Shown here: positions 1 through 8,833 of the stretch, piece by piece
Layout: each line of letters opens with the position of its first letter
Position numbering within the stretch: the first letter of the stretch is position 1
DNA from: a bacterium
GTDB taxonomy: Bacteria; SAR324; NAC60-12
DNA: 16,047 bases
Direction: 5' to 3'
NCBI GenBank assembly: GCA_965233585.1
Contig: CBDDTI010000412.1
Span: 1 to 16,047 of the forward strand
Program-made: the position numbers and the translations under genes
The notes under the pieces: generated by a model
Database searches by the model: none
What the model saw: only the letters and a program-made list of their open reading frames with translations
What the model was told of the DNA's origin: nothing

Positions 1-50
1 TTCTTATTAGCAAGCTTAATAGCTTGTTCAACATCAGCTTCTGATGTAAC
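1..50 (-). CDS. HSD17B10: 3-hydroxyacyl-CoA dehydrogenase type-2 (SDR5C1/MRPP2), coding exon 2, truncated by window edge
   Basis: Minus strand reads TTTTGCTCAG|GTTACATCAGAAGCTGATGTTGAACAAGCTATTAAGCTTGCTAATAAG = VTSEADVEQAIKLANK, matching recalled human VTSEKDVQTALALAK. Pyrimidine-rich acceptor with AG at 52-51; phase 0, in frame with exon 1. Confidence 0.93.
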
Positions 51-111
51 CTGAGCAAAAAACAAACAAGAAGTTGAAACAACTTATAACCGCCCTTTTT
101 TAAATCCTTTG

Positions 112-277
112 CAGTGTTCCAGATAAGCGAGGGGTCTTGGGTCAAAAACCCGACAAGGACACCTACATGACCCGACAAACTGATAGAAAATTAGTAATGA
201 TTTGGTGGAAATAGTGGGAATTGACCCGTTAGAATTCGGTATTGACATCCAGGCTTGAAAATATATCTGGAACCCTT
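112..277. mobile_element. Short non-autonomous DNA transposon (CAG terminus, 5-bp TSD; hAT5-like)
   Basis: TIR CAGTGTTCCAGATA (112-125) vs TATCTGGAACCCTT (264-277), 2 mismatches. Flanked by direct repeat CTTTG at 107-111 and 278-282. Confidence 0.7.
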
Positions 278-1196
278 CTTTGCGATCATACGATTTTTTG
301 CTACATCGAGTTTTCACCAGCTTTTAGCTAATAAACATCATAATTTGCATGCTTCCCAGTTAGTGTGTCTGATTACATTCTTTGCTAGTAAGGGTTTAGC
401 ATGACTTGTAATCAGAGAATTTTGTTTATCTTGAAGGAAAAATTACCTAGGAAGGTCCATTGACCTTTTAAAATAAATATACATTCACACACATTCCGAG
501 ATGAAGCGCAGTGCACACTTTAAAGCAGTCCTTGATGATTCATGGATTACTGTAGACACCACATCACTTCATCAACACAAAATAATATTATTGCACAATC
601 GCTCTTATTTGTCACATAGTTAAAGTGAACAGTACAAGTTGCGTGATTCAAGGTCCCGATCAGGACTTGGCCAGTACGCATCAAAGGTTGCATGATTCAA
701 TGTCTGGCCGAGTGGAAGTTTGGTTCAGGTCACCAACAAAAGAACAAAAAATAACCCATCGGTAGATTAAGAACCACGCCTCGGCCCCAGGCTGTGCAGT
801 TAATTAATATTAAATTGCCATGTTGTTGATAAATCTCTTGTTCCACAGAAAAATCAGGCCCTGTATTGATCTTTCTCAAAATTATTTATTGTCCACTGGA
901 TTAAGGTGACATAAAATTTTGAGCTCACAAATTAAGAAAAGAAGTAACTGGCCAAAAAAAAGATTACATCCCAAGAAATACCATAATAATTTGACTTAGT
1001 GCCTTCGGTATTTAGGCAGTTCAAGGAAGGGTTCCTATTGGAGAGGGGCACTTATTAGATTAGAAGTCATAAGACCAGATGGCCCTTTGCGCATGCAACC
1101 TTATAACTGTACAACATTTTTAGTGACAGTAGTGTCTCTGGATCTATGAAATTTCAAAACAATTATGATTTTATAACAGCTTTCCGAAACCCAAAT

Positions 1197-1278
1197 GGGA
1201 GGCATGGCGGCCTCATGGTTAGTGTGCTTGACTCTGGAGCGAGCAGTCCAGGTTCGAGCCCTGGCTGAGGACATTTTG
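1197..1278 (+). mobile_element. tRNA-derived SINE, 5' head (interrupted by the 1279-2507 insertion)
   Basis: GGGAGGCATGGCGGCCTCATGGTTAGTGTGCTTGACTCTGG...: A-box-like segment and B box GGTTCGAGCC at 1251-1260. No clean acceptor stem; the body resumes after 2512. Confidence 0.85.
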
Positions 1279-2507
1279 CAGGGCTCAAAGTTGATTTATG
1301 GCTTTGGGAGCACTTGTGCGACCAGGTGTAAATTTTTAGGCGCACTGTCGAAATTTTAGGTGCAGAGTTAAAAATTTTAGGCGCACAGCTTCAAATACTT
1401 GGATCACCTACCCCAAAAGAATAGTAACGCTTCAAAAAGAGCGACTTAGGCTTCATGTTGCAATATGGGCCTATTCTAGCAGTATTGAATACAATGAAAG
1501 CAAATACAAGAATCAGAATATTTCACACAAGAGTTAAGCTTAGATATTGACTACTCAAGTCGCTTCGTACAGTATCCTCACTATCCAATTGCTTGTTGTT
1601 TGCCTCACCTTAGTACGGTGGCCCACAACTGCCACAGCAAAAAGAAAAACCTCACGGCAAAAAGAAAGACTCAAAGCAAAAAGAAAACCTCACAGCAAAA
1701 AGAAAAAGACTCATGGAAAAATTTCTTGGATACTGAGAGGACATTTTAATTCTTATTTCTTTTGCCGTGAGGTCGTGGTTATTCTTTTTGACGCGAGGTT
1801 ATTCTTTTTGCCATGAGGTTTTTCTTTTTGCCGTGAGGTTAATTCTTTTGCCATGACAGTTGCAGGCCACCGCACCATTGAAATTCTATTCCCGTAGATT
1901 CTTGATTTTTCAACATATGGGTATTCATGAGAACTAGGCCGAACTTTGCTCATTTGACTAGCTTTCAAGCCATAGAATTCATGGACTGGCCCGTTCCGAA
2001 AACGCTGGAAATTTCTGTATGTCAGACGAGTGAAAACAAGGCTTTCGAAACTCAGTATTCTGTAACTGTTAGCTACTGTTGTCCGTCCCTTGTTCGCGGC
2101 GAAGAACAAGAACGCGATTTAATCTCACCCCCAGTCTCCACGTTTTCAGCTACGAGCGCCTAGCACTATGACCACCATAACAATGTGGGAAGAAATGAAA
2201 GTTCAAGTTTCAGAGAATCCACTGGGAAATTTATAGGCTTAAAGTTGACAAATATAACACACACCAATGAAAGGAAAATGGTGTAGCTTTCTTATTTGGT
2301 ACCTGCATAGTTGTGTTATATCTAGTTTAAATTTATGTTCATCAGTCAGAGTACGTTAGTATGGTCAGGTGAGTAAGCACTAGAGAAGTTGAACTGTACT
2401 TTGGCTTTTAAGGCGTGGTGGTGCAACCACACATATTTTTTTAGGCACACGGCCAAAATTCTAGTCACATAATTATGTGACCAGTTGGTCGTTAACTTTG
2501 AGCCCTG
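1279..2507. mobile_element. Non-autonomous DNA transposon, hAT5-like (perfect 14-bp TIR, 5-bp TSD)
   Basis: CAGGGCTCAAAGTT (1279-1292) and AACTTTGAGCCCTG (2494-2507). TSD TTTTG at 1274-1278 and 2508-2512. Subterminal repeats of the AAATTTTAGGCGCAC type at about 1329-1386 and 2437-2449. No transposase ORF. Confidence 0.85.
1616..1872. mobile_element. Foldback MITE (probable TA TSD, Tc1/mariner-type) nested in the hAT5-like element
   Basis: CGGTGGCCCACAACTGCCACAGCAAAAAG... vs ...CTTTTGCCATGACAGTTGCAGGCCACCG. Internal tandem units (CCTCACGGCAAAAAGAAA)n are mirrored as (TTCTTTTTGCCGTGAGG)n. Flanks are TA (1614-1615) and CA (1873-1874, one mismatch). Confidence 0.85.
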
Positions 2508-2512
2508 TTTTG

Positions 2513-2588
2513 TTGTGTTCTTGAGCAAGACACTAAACTCTCACAGAGCCTCTCTCCACTCAGGTGTACAAAAGGGTACCGGCAAATA
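2513..2588 (+). mobile_element. tRNA-derived SINE, continuation of body (3'-truncated)
   Basis: TTGTGTTCTTGAGCAAGACACTAAACTCTCACAGAGCCTCTCTCCACTCAGGTGTACAAAAGGGTACCGGC joins seamlessly to the 1197-1278 head once the insertion and one TSD are removed. Resembles a recalled cnidarian SINE body. Confidence 0.8.
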
Positions 2589-3275
2589 ATTTCTTTAACA
2601 CTGCACTTAGCAAAAAGGCTCCACTCATTGCGGAGGGCTTATTAGAAGGGGAACACTTAAAGGAAGGACAGCAATCAAAATTGGTAGCAACCTTTGAAGT
2701 AAGGGCTTCAATGTACCACCACTGCAGTGATTTCACATGTTCATTTGTTACGATAATATTTGCATTTCTTTTCTTAAAGAAATCTCTCTGCTCATTTTCA
2801 CTTATCCAGAGCATGAGAAAAGCATGTTTGCTGCACCACTAAGTAAAAACACTTTAAACACATTCTCATGTTTATCATATGACCTGTCAGTACATTCCAC
2901 AGAAAAATTCTTCAAGAATTAAAACAATCGATCCTGAAATCAATCATCACTCAGTGAAAAAAAACACAACAGATGTATCGAAACTTGTTAACCGATTGCC
3001 ATATCAATAAATCAAATTACGGGGAGAATTTACATACGAAAACACACACCTTACCCCACCCCAGCCTTGTGGGCCTTGCGTAACATTTCGGACATGGAGC
3101 AAATATCCATGTCAATTAATCTCGGTAAAGGTGATCCTGTCGAGAGAACTAGTACAGGAGGAACGCCCAGAATAAATATGTCGTGGCAACAGTTCCAAAA
3201 GACTCTGTCAAGGACAGGGACAGAGAGACGCTCATCGAATTAAACACACAAATACGAAAAAACTACTTTGCTTAC

Positions 3276-3467
3276 ATCAGTCGGCGCGAAACAACAACTA
3301 TCCCCGAGTTCCTTGGCAACGTTTTCTCCGTCACTCGAAGGAAGATCAGCTATAACTACTCTTGCTCCATTCTGTGCCAGTCTTTGAACAGTTGCCAGGC
3401 CTAATCCAGAAGCACCCCCTGTTACAATACACACTGCTCTCTGCGACGCGGCCGCCATCGCCGCCAT
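3276..3467 (-). CDS. HSD17B10: 3-hydroxyacyl-CoA dehydrogenase type-2 (SDR5C1/MRPP2), coding exon 1
   Basis: MAAMAAASQRAVCIVTGGASGLGLATVQRLAQNGARVVIADLPSSDGENVAKELGDSCCFAPTD: Rossmann TGxxxGxG motif, co-linear with the human N-terminus. 192 nt, then donor GTAAGC at 3275. Alternative ATG at 3458. Intron 51-3275. Confidence 0.95.
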
Positions 3468-3567
3468 GTGGGTGTTACGTGTATTGAGACTGTATGCTTG
3501 TGACACAAACCTGGCAGCGGTTCATGTGTGCTTGAAGTAAGTTTATTAAAGTGTATCTAGAACTTAG

Positions 3568-3680
3568 AGAGAATACGGGGGAATACAAGAGAATACATCA
3601 TAGAATACAAGGAAACACTTGGGGAGAACACAAGGGAAAACAAGGGGAAACATGAGGAGGAAGAGAGGGAAGCGAAGGGG
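3568..3680. repeat. Purine-rich degenerate tandem repeat (GAATACAAG/GAAAACAAGG units) about 100 bp upstream of the HSD17B10 start codon
   Basis: GAGAATACGGGGGAATACAAGAGAATACATCATAGAATACAAGGAAACAC...GAGGAGGAAGAGAGGGGA; strong purine strand bias. Confidence 0.6.
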
Positions 3681-5097
3681 TTCCTATTATGATACACTTT
3701 GATAACCTTACTTAAAGTACATACCTAAAAGTGGCGACAGCTTCAAGGTCTTCACGCGCTTACCATTTCGCAGTTCGCAGTTCAACCTATTATCAGTTGG
3801 CTCCTTGGGAAAGGGTAGACTCTTTACTAGCCAAACACAAAAAAAACGAAGCAAGATAAAACAAATAACAACATAATTTTCTGTTAAACTCCTATCAGGC
3901 TACCCCTGGGAGCCCGGGAGAAACACTCCTGTCCTAATCTCTGTCAAGCAGGGAATGACGAGAAATTCAAGAAGATTGAAATATCTCGATTGTTGCCACT
4001 TCTCTTATGCAACATTTTCTGCTCACTACCAGACCACCTTGTTATTTTATGGCTGCACTTTTGTTCGAGGAAAAAATTATTCTGCCATACAATTATTAAA
4101 TTTACAGGCAATTTGTTCATATTAAGGCGGGGGTAAACATGAATAGGAGTGAAATTTAAAGCGTTTATTTAAGGAAATTGATAGAATTAAAAGGGGTTGG
4201 AAACACTTCCAGACAGTTGACCACCCCAAATGAGAACCCCAGATTGGTAGGGGACTATGAGGCGCCGAAGTGGACAAAAATGCTGTTTAGCAATTTTTCT
4301 TTCCAATTACATTAATATGTTCTAAATTCAAGATTTTTGTCCTGAATTTACTTGTTAGATGCCATCTAAGTAAAAAATTCATGCTCTTTTTCGTATTTAT
4401 TTTCTAAACTCTACAGTTGCGTTCTAATTGCAAAGAAAATGCGTTACGAGTACAAAAAAATGTTCTAATTGTTTTAGACGCTCTGATATTCTTATTACAT
4501 TCTATTTCAAAAAAAAGTATTCTAATAATTATTTTTTCATGCCAAGTTGGAAAAAAACTCTGCTCATAAGAACTAAAAAATATCCTATTCTCAGTCAAAA
4601 AAATACATTGTAATTGGAAAAAATACATTCTAATTAGTATGCAACTTTTCTCTTTTAAGTTTTTCATGCTAAGCGCAAAAAATGCATGCCAAGAGAAAAA
4701 AACCCTTTTAATTAACATGCAAATTTATGCTCGAAACAGCTGTGCTGGCCAAAAGCATCGTGGGCGTTGGAGGTTAATTTCGCGCCAGATGTTCGCCTCT
4801 ATACATCCATGTTCGCCATTTCATGTCGATTAATCAATGGTGAAAAGCGGGTACTTAACGTCCGATCTGCGGGAAGCTATTAGCAAAATCAGTGAAGCTG
4901 GCCGATTGCTGGCTCCGCTGACCTCAAGCACGTTTGAAGAATTATCAACATCGAGCCATGAACCTCCACAGATAAACAGCCCGACCGTAAACAGTGAGGT
5001 GAGAAACCTCAATCGATCGCTCCATCGAGGTACGTATACCGTGAGCTTCAAAGACTTTTTCCAACGCTCAGGCGCTCAAATGAGCAGGCTAGCCCAT

Positions 5098-5631
5098 CGG
5101 GTGTCACGAAAACTCAGACCCCGTAAACTCAGACCTCAGACCCCGAAACTCAGACTTCGAAACCTCAGACCCCGAAACCTCAAACCACAGACCCCTCGAT
5201 TTTTTTTGAAGAAAGATTTAAATTCGTCTCAATTCTTTTCACCTAATTTTTTATGGTCACGCGATGTTGATAGGCAACAGCCAGGAAATAAGCGAGATAT
5301 TTATATTCTCCGGTTCATCGCTGTCGCGTCGATCAAAAGAGGTTTAAATAGCAACCAATATTTTGATGGCATTTGCTGGCAAATTTTTCACCAAAGGAAT
5401 AAGGGACGCAGAGCCGCTATAATGTTGTTCAAATTGAAGCGATAAACCTGGATAAACCGGAGAAGATAAATATCTCGATTCTTCACGAATTCCGGCTGTT
5501 GCCGCTTGTGAACATTGCGTGACCATATTTTAGGTGATGAGATTGCTGTTTATGTAAGATTGAGATGAATTTAAATCTTTTTTTTTCCTTTATTTATTTA
5601 TTTACAGGGGTCTGAGTTTTCGTGACACCCG
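5098..5631. mobile_element. TIR element at the symmetry axis of the foldback, with (AAACTCAGACCCC)n subterminal repeats and apparent AT TSD
   Basis: TIR CGGGTGTCACGAAAACTCAGACCCC / GGGGTCTGAGTTTTCGTGACACCCG. AT at 5096-5097 and 5632-5633. Tandem CTCAGAC units at 5111-5196. More diverged internal inverted repeat at about 5212-5319 vs 5451-5580. Confidence 0.65.
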
Positions 5632-5893
5632 ATGGGCTAGCCTGCTCATTTGAGCGCCTGAGCGTTGGAAAAAGTCTTTGAAGCTCATGGTTTACGTACC
5701 TCGATGGAGCGATCGATTGAGGGTTGCTCACCTCACTGTTTACGGTCGGGCTGTTTACCTGTGGAGGTTCATGGCTCGATGTTGATAATTCTTCAAACGT
5801 ACTTGAGGTCAGCGGAGCCAGCAATCGGCCAGCTTCACTGATTTTGCTAATAGCTTCCCGCAGATCGGACGTTAAGTACCCGCTTTTCACCAT

Positions 5894-6223
5894 TTAACAA
5901 ATTGACGTCTGTTTTTTATGCGTCTGTCTTGTTATTGATCATGAATTTCGTCATCACATTGTCAAAGTAGCTGTGGATCCACGAGGCGATAGCCGAGTGG
6001 ATCCGCAGACTACTTTGACAATGTTATGACGAAATTCATGATCAATATAAGGACAGACGCATTAAAAACTGACATCAATTTGTTTTTTACGATAACAAAT
6101 TGTCGAATTTCCGGCTCTCGCTCGCTGACGCGTCGCATGAATTTTAAATTCATGTGTCTGTCCGCATATTGACAATAAAAAGTAGCCAATGAGCGCGCGT
6201 GAATTTCTGCAGTTATCGTAAAA
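5894..6223 (+). mobile_element. TSD-less hairpin element A (long terminal hairpin plus IR-bounded body)
   Basis: Absent from the mirror arm (empty site CACCAT^TGATTAATC). Hairpin about 5896-6084 with apex GAGGCGATAGCCGA (5983-5996). 12-bp IR TTTTACGATAAC (6085-6096) / GTTATCGTAAAA (6212-6223). GCCAAT at 6185-6190. Confidence 0.9.
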
Positions 6224-6488
6224 TAATTAATCGACATGAAATGGCAAACATGGATGTATAGAGGCGAACATTTGGCGCGAAATTAACCTCCAACGCCCAC
6301 GATGCTTTTGGCCAGCACAGCTGTTTCGAGCATAAATTTGCATGTTAATTAAAAGGGTTTTTTTTCTCTTGGCATGAATTTTTTGCGCTTAGCATGAAAA
6401 ACTTAAAAGAGAAAAGTTGCATACTAATTAGAACGTATTTTTTCCAATTACAATGTATTTTTTTGACTGAGAATAGGATATTTTTTAG

Positions 6489-6995
6489 CAAAGCAACCCC
6501 GTGTCTACTGTTCCTAAGAAAGATATCATTATCCTACTTCCCTACTTAGGTTTACAAAGCAACCAAGTCGCTAAACGCCTGAAATCTTGAGTGTACAAAT
6601 TCTACTCTTGTGTTAACCTTAAGATCGTTTTTCAGAGCACTCGATGCATAAAATCTTTCTTTCCTTACAAGGACCGTATTAATCGTTCACAACAATCCAG
6701 AGTTATTTACAGAGCAAATTGCTGGGATTGTAATGGTTTTTATATCGGTAAAACTAAACGGCGGCTTCACGATAGAAAAACCGAACATTTTAAGGCCCTC
6801 GCTAGAAATGACAATACTTCAGCCATTGCTGACCACGTCAAGGCCACTGGACACAACATCAAGTTGGATCATTTTGATATTTTAGCGAAGGGCAAAACAG
6901 ACTATCATTGTAAAATAAAAGAGACCTTATATATTCAAGAACTTGAGCCAGCTTTCAATGTCAACGTCGGAAGTGAAAAGCTGATGCTTTATTAA
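6489..6995 (+). pseudogene. C-terminal fragment of a Penelope-like RT/GIY-YIG endonuclease ORF with an in-frame stop
   Basis: QSNPVSTVPKKDIIILLPYLGLQSNQVAKRLKS*VYKF...VIYRANCWDCNGFYIGKTKRRLHDRKTEH...IADH...H...KETLYI...FN. LPY thumb motif, GIY-YIG variant (VIY...YIG) with CxxC, conserved R/H/E/N. TGA at 6588-6590. Confidence 0.92.
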
Positions 6996-7096
6996 TCTGT
7001 TCTGTTTTATTTTACTGTTAAGTATTTACTTAATCTAGGTTCCAGTCCCCTCACCTTTGTAATATATATATATAAATAGCTGTTTTAAATTTCAAC

Positions 7097-7148
7097 GGTT
7101 ACTTTTGAAAATGTATGTAGAGTACATACGAAACGTCAAGTCATAATC
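7097..7148 (+). ncRNA. Minimal type I hammerhead ribozyme-like motif (U3-A8 core variant) of the Penelope-like element
   Basis: ACTT-TTGAAAA-T-GTATGT-AGAGT-ACATAC-GAAA-CGTC-AAGT. Stem I ACTT/AAGT, stem II GTATGT/ACATAC, palindromic ACGT stem III, GUC triplet at 7135-7137. Confidence 0.7.
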
Positions 7149-8047
7149 AAAATGTGCAAGTTCAATATGTTTATCACTGCTGTTTGTGTCTTATTTTTGA
7201 TCAAATTACGATGGCCCAAGAACAAAAGTATTTAGGATATTTTTTAGTTCTTATGAGCAGAGTTTTTTTCCAACTTGGCATGAAAAAATAATTATTAGAA
7301 TACTTTTTTTTGAAATAGAATGTAATAAGAACATCAGAGCGTCTAAAACAATTAGAACATTTTTTTGTACTCGTAACGCATTTTCTCTGCAATTAGAACG
7401 CAACTGTAGAGTTTAGAAAATAAATACGAAAAAGAGCATGAATTTTTTACTTAGATGGCATCTAACAAGTAAATTCAGGCCAAAAATCTTGAGTTTAGAA
7501 CATATTAATGTAATTGGAAAGAAAAATTGCTAAACAGCATTTTTGTCCACTTCGGCGCCTCATAGGGGACTGTTTGGTATCCGTCTACTAATTCTTCACT
7601 TCAAATTTCAATTTACCAAATCCATCAAATCTTCAACAGTTCATATTTCCCTCAATTTAGCCTATCCTTTGAGAAAAAATATCTCTTTTAAAAATGCTCA
7701 AAAATAACCGTTAAATTTAAACAAAACCGCCTAACAGTGGTTAATAAAATAAGCATAGAGATTTAGCGTTGCTTGAAACGTGACCGAGATATTCGCAGAA
7801 AGGCCGTGTTAAGCGACGTCAAAACAGCCTTCACGAGTACCCCCGCTTAACTCATTGACTCCTGGATTTTTTTGCCAAAAATGCGCGTTTTTGGACATTT
7901 TGCCGGGTGGTTTTCAGACTGGACCTTGGCCACATTAGCTTTAATGTGGTGCAAAATGCATTTGCAACACGACAGCTTGTCCTTCTTACCACTAGAATCG
8001 CGTTTTTGGACATTTGGGCTCGGGCGTGCGCAGAAATCAAAAGTTTT

Positions 8048-8833
8048 GTGAAACGGCTCATGATCGTTGATGATAGTCGATGACAGTTGAGCGCGTTTGA
8101 CCACCAACTATCATGCACTATCTTTGACAATCATCAATTAGTATATACTAAAACAGTGGACAGTACTAGTGTTACACGCGCGCGCTGATTGGCTCGTCAA
8201 ACTCCGAATATCCTGTGCTATTTACCTCCGAGCAACTCGGGAAAAATGGCGTCCCTGTTTGCATCGGTGACAAGTGAAGAAATCATCCAAATTAATTTTT
8301 GTGGTGTATTTTATCTCACTGTTTTATTATATATTAAAACATTTATTCTCCTCAGTGTCGGACAGCTTTGGACATTTACCTGGCCGCCTCGCGGCTCGGT
8401 AAATATCCACCACTAGCCACTTCGGTGAATAGTTGTTAACTATCATTCAGTTTGAGCTTGTTCAAATATTTCATATAGTCGATGATAGTTTTTTTCGTTT
8501 GACCATGCGTATGATAGTTCATGATAGTTTTTCGGTCAGCTGCTTTGGTAATCACTGGCCCGATAGCGGTCCGAAAACATGCTGCCGCTCTCTTTCGTCT
8601 CGAAAAATTCACACTTTTACAAGTTTGTCTTAGGGGACGCCATTTAGTGTTCGCATTTTTAAACGGAAAGAGCTTGGAACTTGCTGCTCTCGTGACTTTG
8701 CTTGCACGACTGCTGATGAACTATCATCAATTATCACGAACTTCTTTGGCCGTTTGACCATTTGAACGATAGTTGATGATAGTTAGGGGAGAATCAACTA
8801 TCATCGATTATCACGCGCCGTTTGACCAGAGCT
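8048..8833. mobile_element. PIF/Harbinger-type MITE nested in the piggyBac element; left tip eroded
   Basis: Right end ...TCACGCGCCGTTTGACCAGAGCT followed by TTA (8834-8836). Left GTGAAACGGCTCATGATCGTTGATGATAGT matches the reverse complement of the right TIR minus the outer ~8 bp. Many internal GATAGTT/AACTATC and GTTTGACC repeats. Confidence 0.7.
8138..8439 (-). mobile_element. TSD-less hairpin element B nested in the Harbinger-type MITE
   Basis: Interrupts host repeat unit ATCAACTATCAT. IR TAGTATATACTAAAACAGTG (8139-8158) / CACTGTTTTATTATATATTA (8317-8336). Hairpin stem 8369-8380/8398-8409 with minus-strand apex GAGCCGCGAGGCGGCCA. ATTGGC at 8188-8193. Confidence 0.8.

Larger units (their letters stand above)
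6489..7232 (+). mobile_element. 5'-truncated Penelope-like retroelement (GIY-YIG) with 15-bp TSD
   Basis: TSD TAGGATATTTTTTAG at 6474-6488 and 7233-7247, single-copy in the mirror arm. Contains the RT-thumb/GIY-YIG coding region, a 3' UTR, a hammerhead-like motif and a short ORF start (7152-7232, MCKFNMFITAVCVLFLIKLRWPKNKSI). Confidence 0.93.
4256..7564. mobile_element. Large foldback non-autonomous DNA transposon, IS3EU-like (TAT...ATA termini, 6-bp TSD), carrying three nested insertions
   Basis: Left arm 4256-5097 is the near-identical reverse complement of 5632-5893 + 6224-6488 + 7248-7564. Termini TATGAGGCGCCGAAGTGG / CCACTTCGGCGCCTCATA. TSD GGGGAC at 4250-4255 and 7565-7570. TAY..RTA ends with a 6-bp TSD are the described IS3EU signature. 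Confidence 0.85.

Noticed and set aside
1197..1278. Possible tRNA gene
   Set aside because: A/B boxes are present but there is no good cloverleaf, and the sequence continues into a SINE body after the insertion.
1630..1860. CRISPR-like or Lys-rich coding repeats (ORFs 1547-1816, 1753-2109)
   Set aside because: Units are adjacent without unique spacers and are mirrored as an inverted repeat, so they are MITE internal repeats. The context is eukaryotic with no cas genes.
3468..3506. 13-aa N-terminal extension of HSD17B10 in the ORF track
   Set aside because: It begins at a non-ATG codon; the ATG at 3467 aligns with the start of the known protein.
4837..5893. 202-aa ORF (4837-5445 +) and 99-aa ORF (5594-5893 -) with near-identical N-termini, resembling a gene pair
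   Set aside because: They are mirror images produced by the foldback arms. The longer one runs through tandem CTCAGAC repeats and shows no recognisable domain.
4404..7392. Duplicate 61/63-aa ORFs (4428-4613 +, 7201-7392 -) and the 104-aa ORF 4404-4718
   Set aside because: AT-rich subterminal transposon sequence duplicated by the inverted repeat; non-ATG starts for the duplicates and no protein motifs.
4249..7571. Alternative 8-bp (AGGGGACT) or 4-bp (GGGA) TSD readings for the foldback
   Set aside because: Formally possible by shifting both termini 1 bp, but TAT...ATA with a 6-bp TSD matches a described superfamily signature. Needs other copies to settle.
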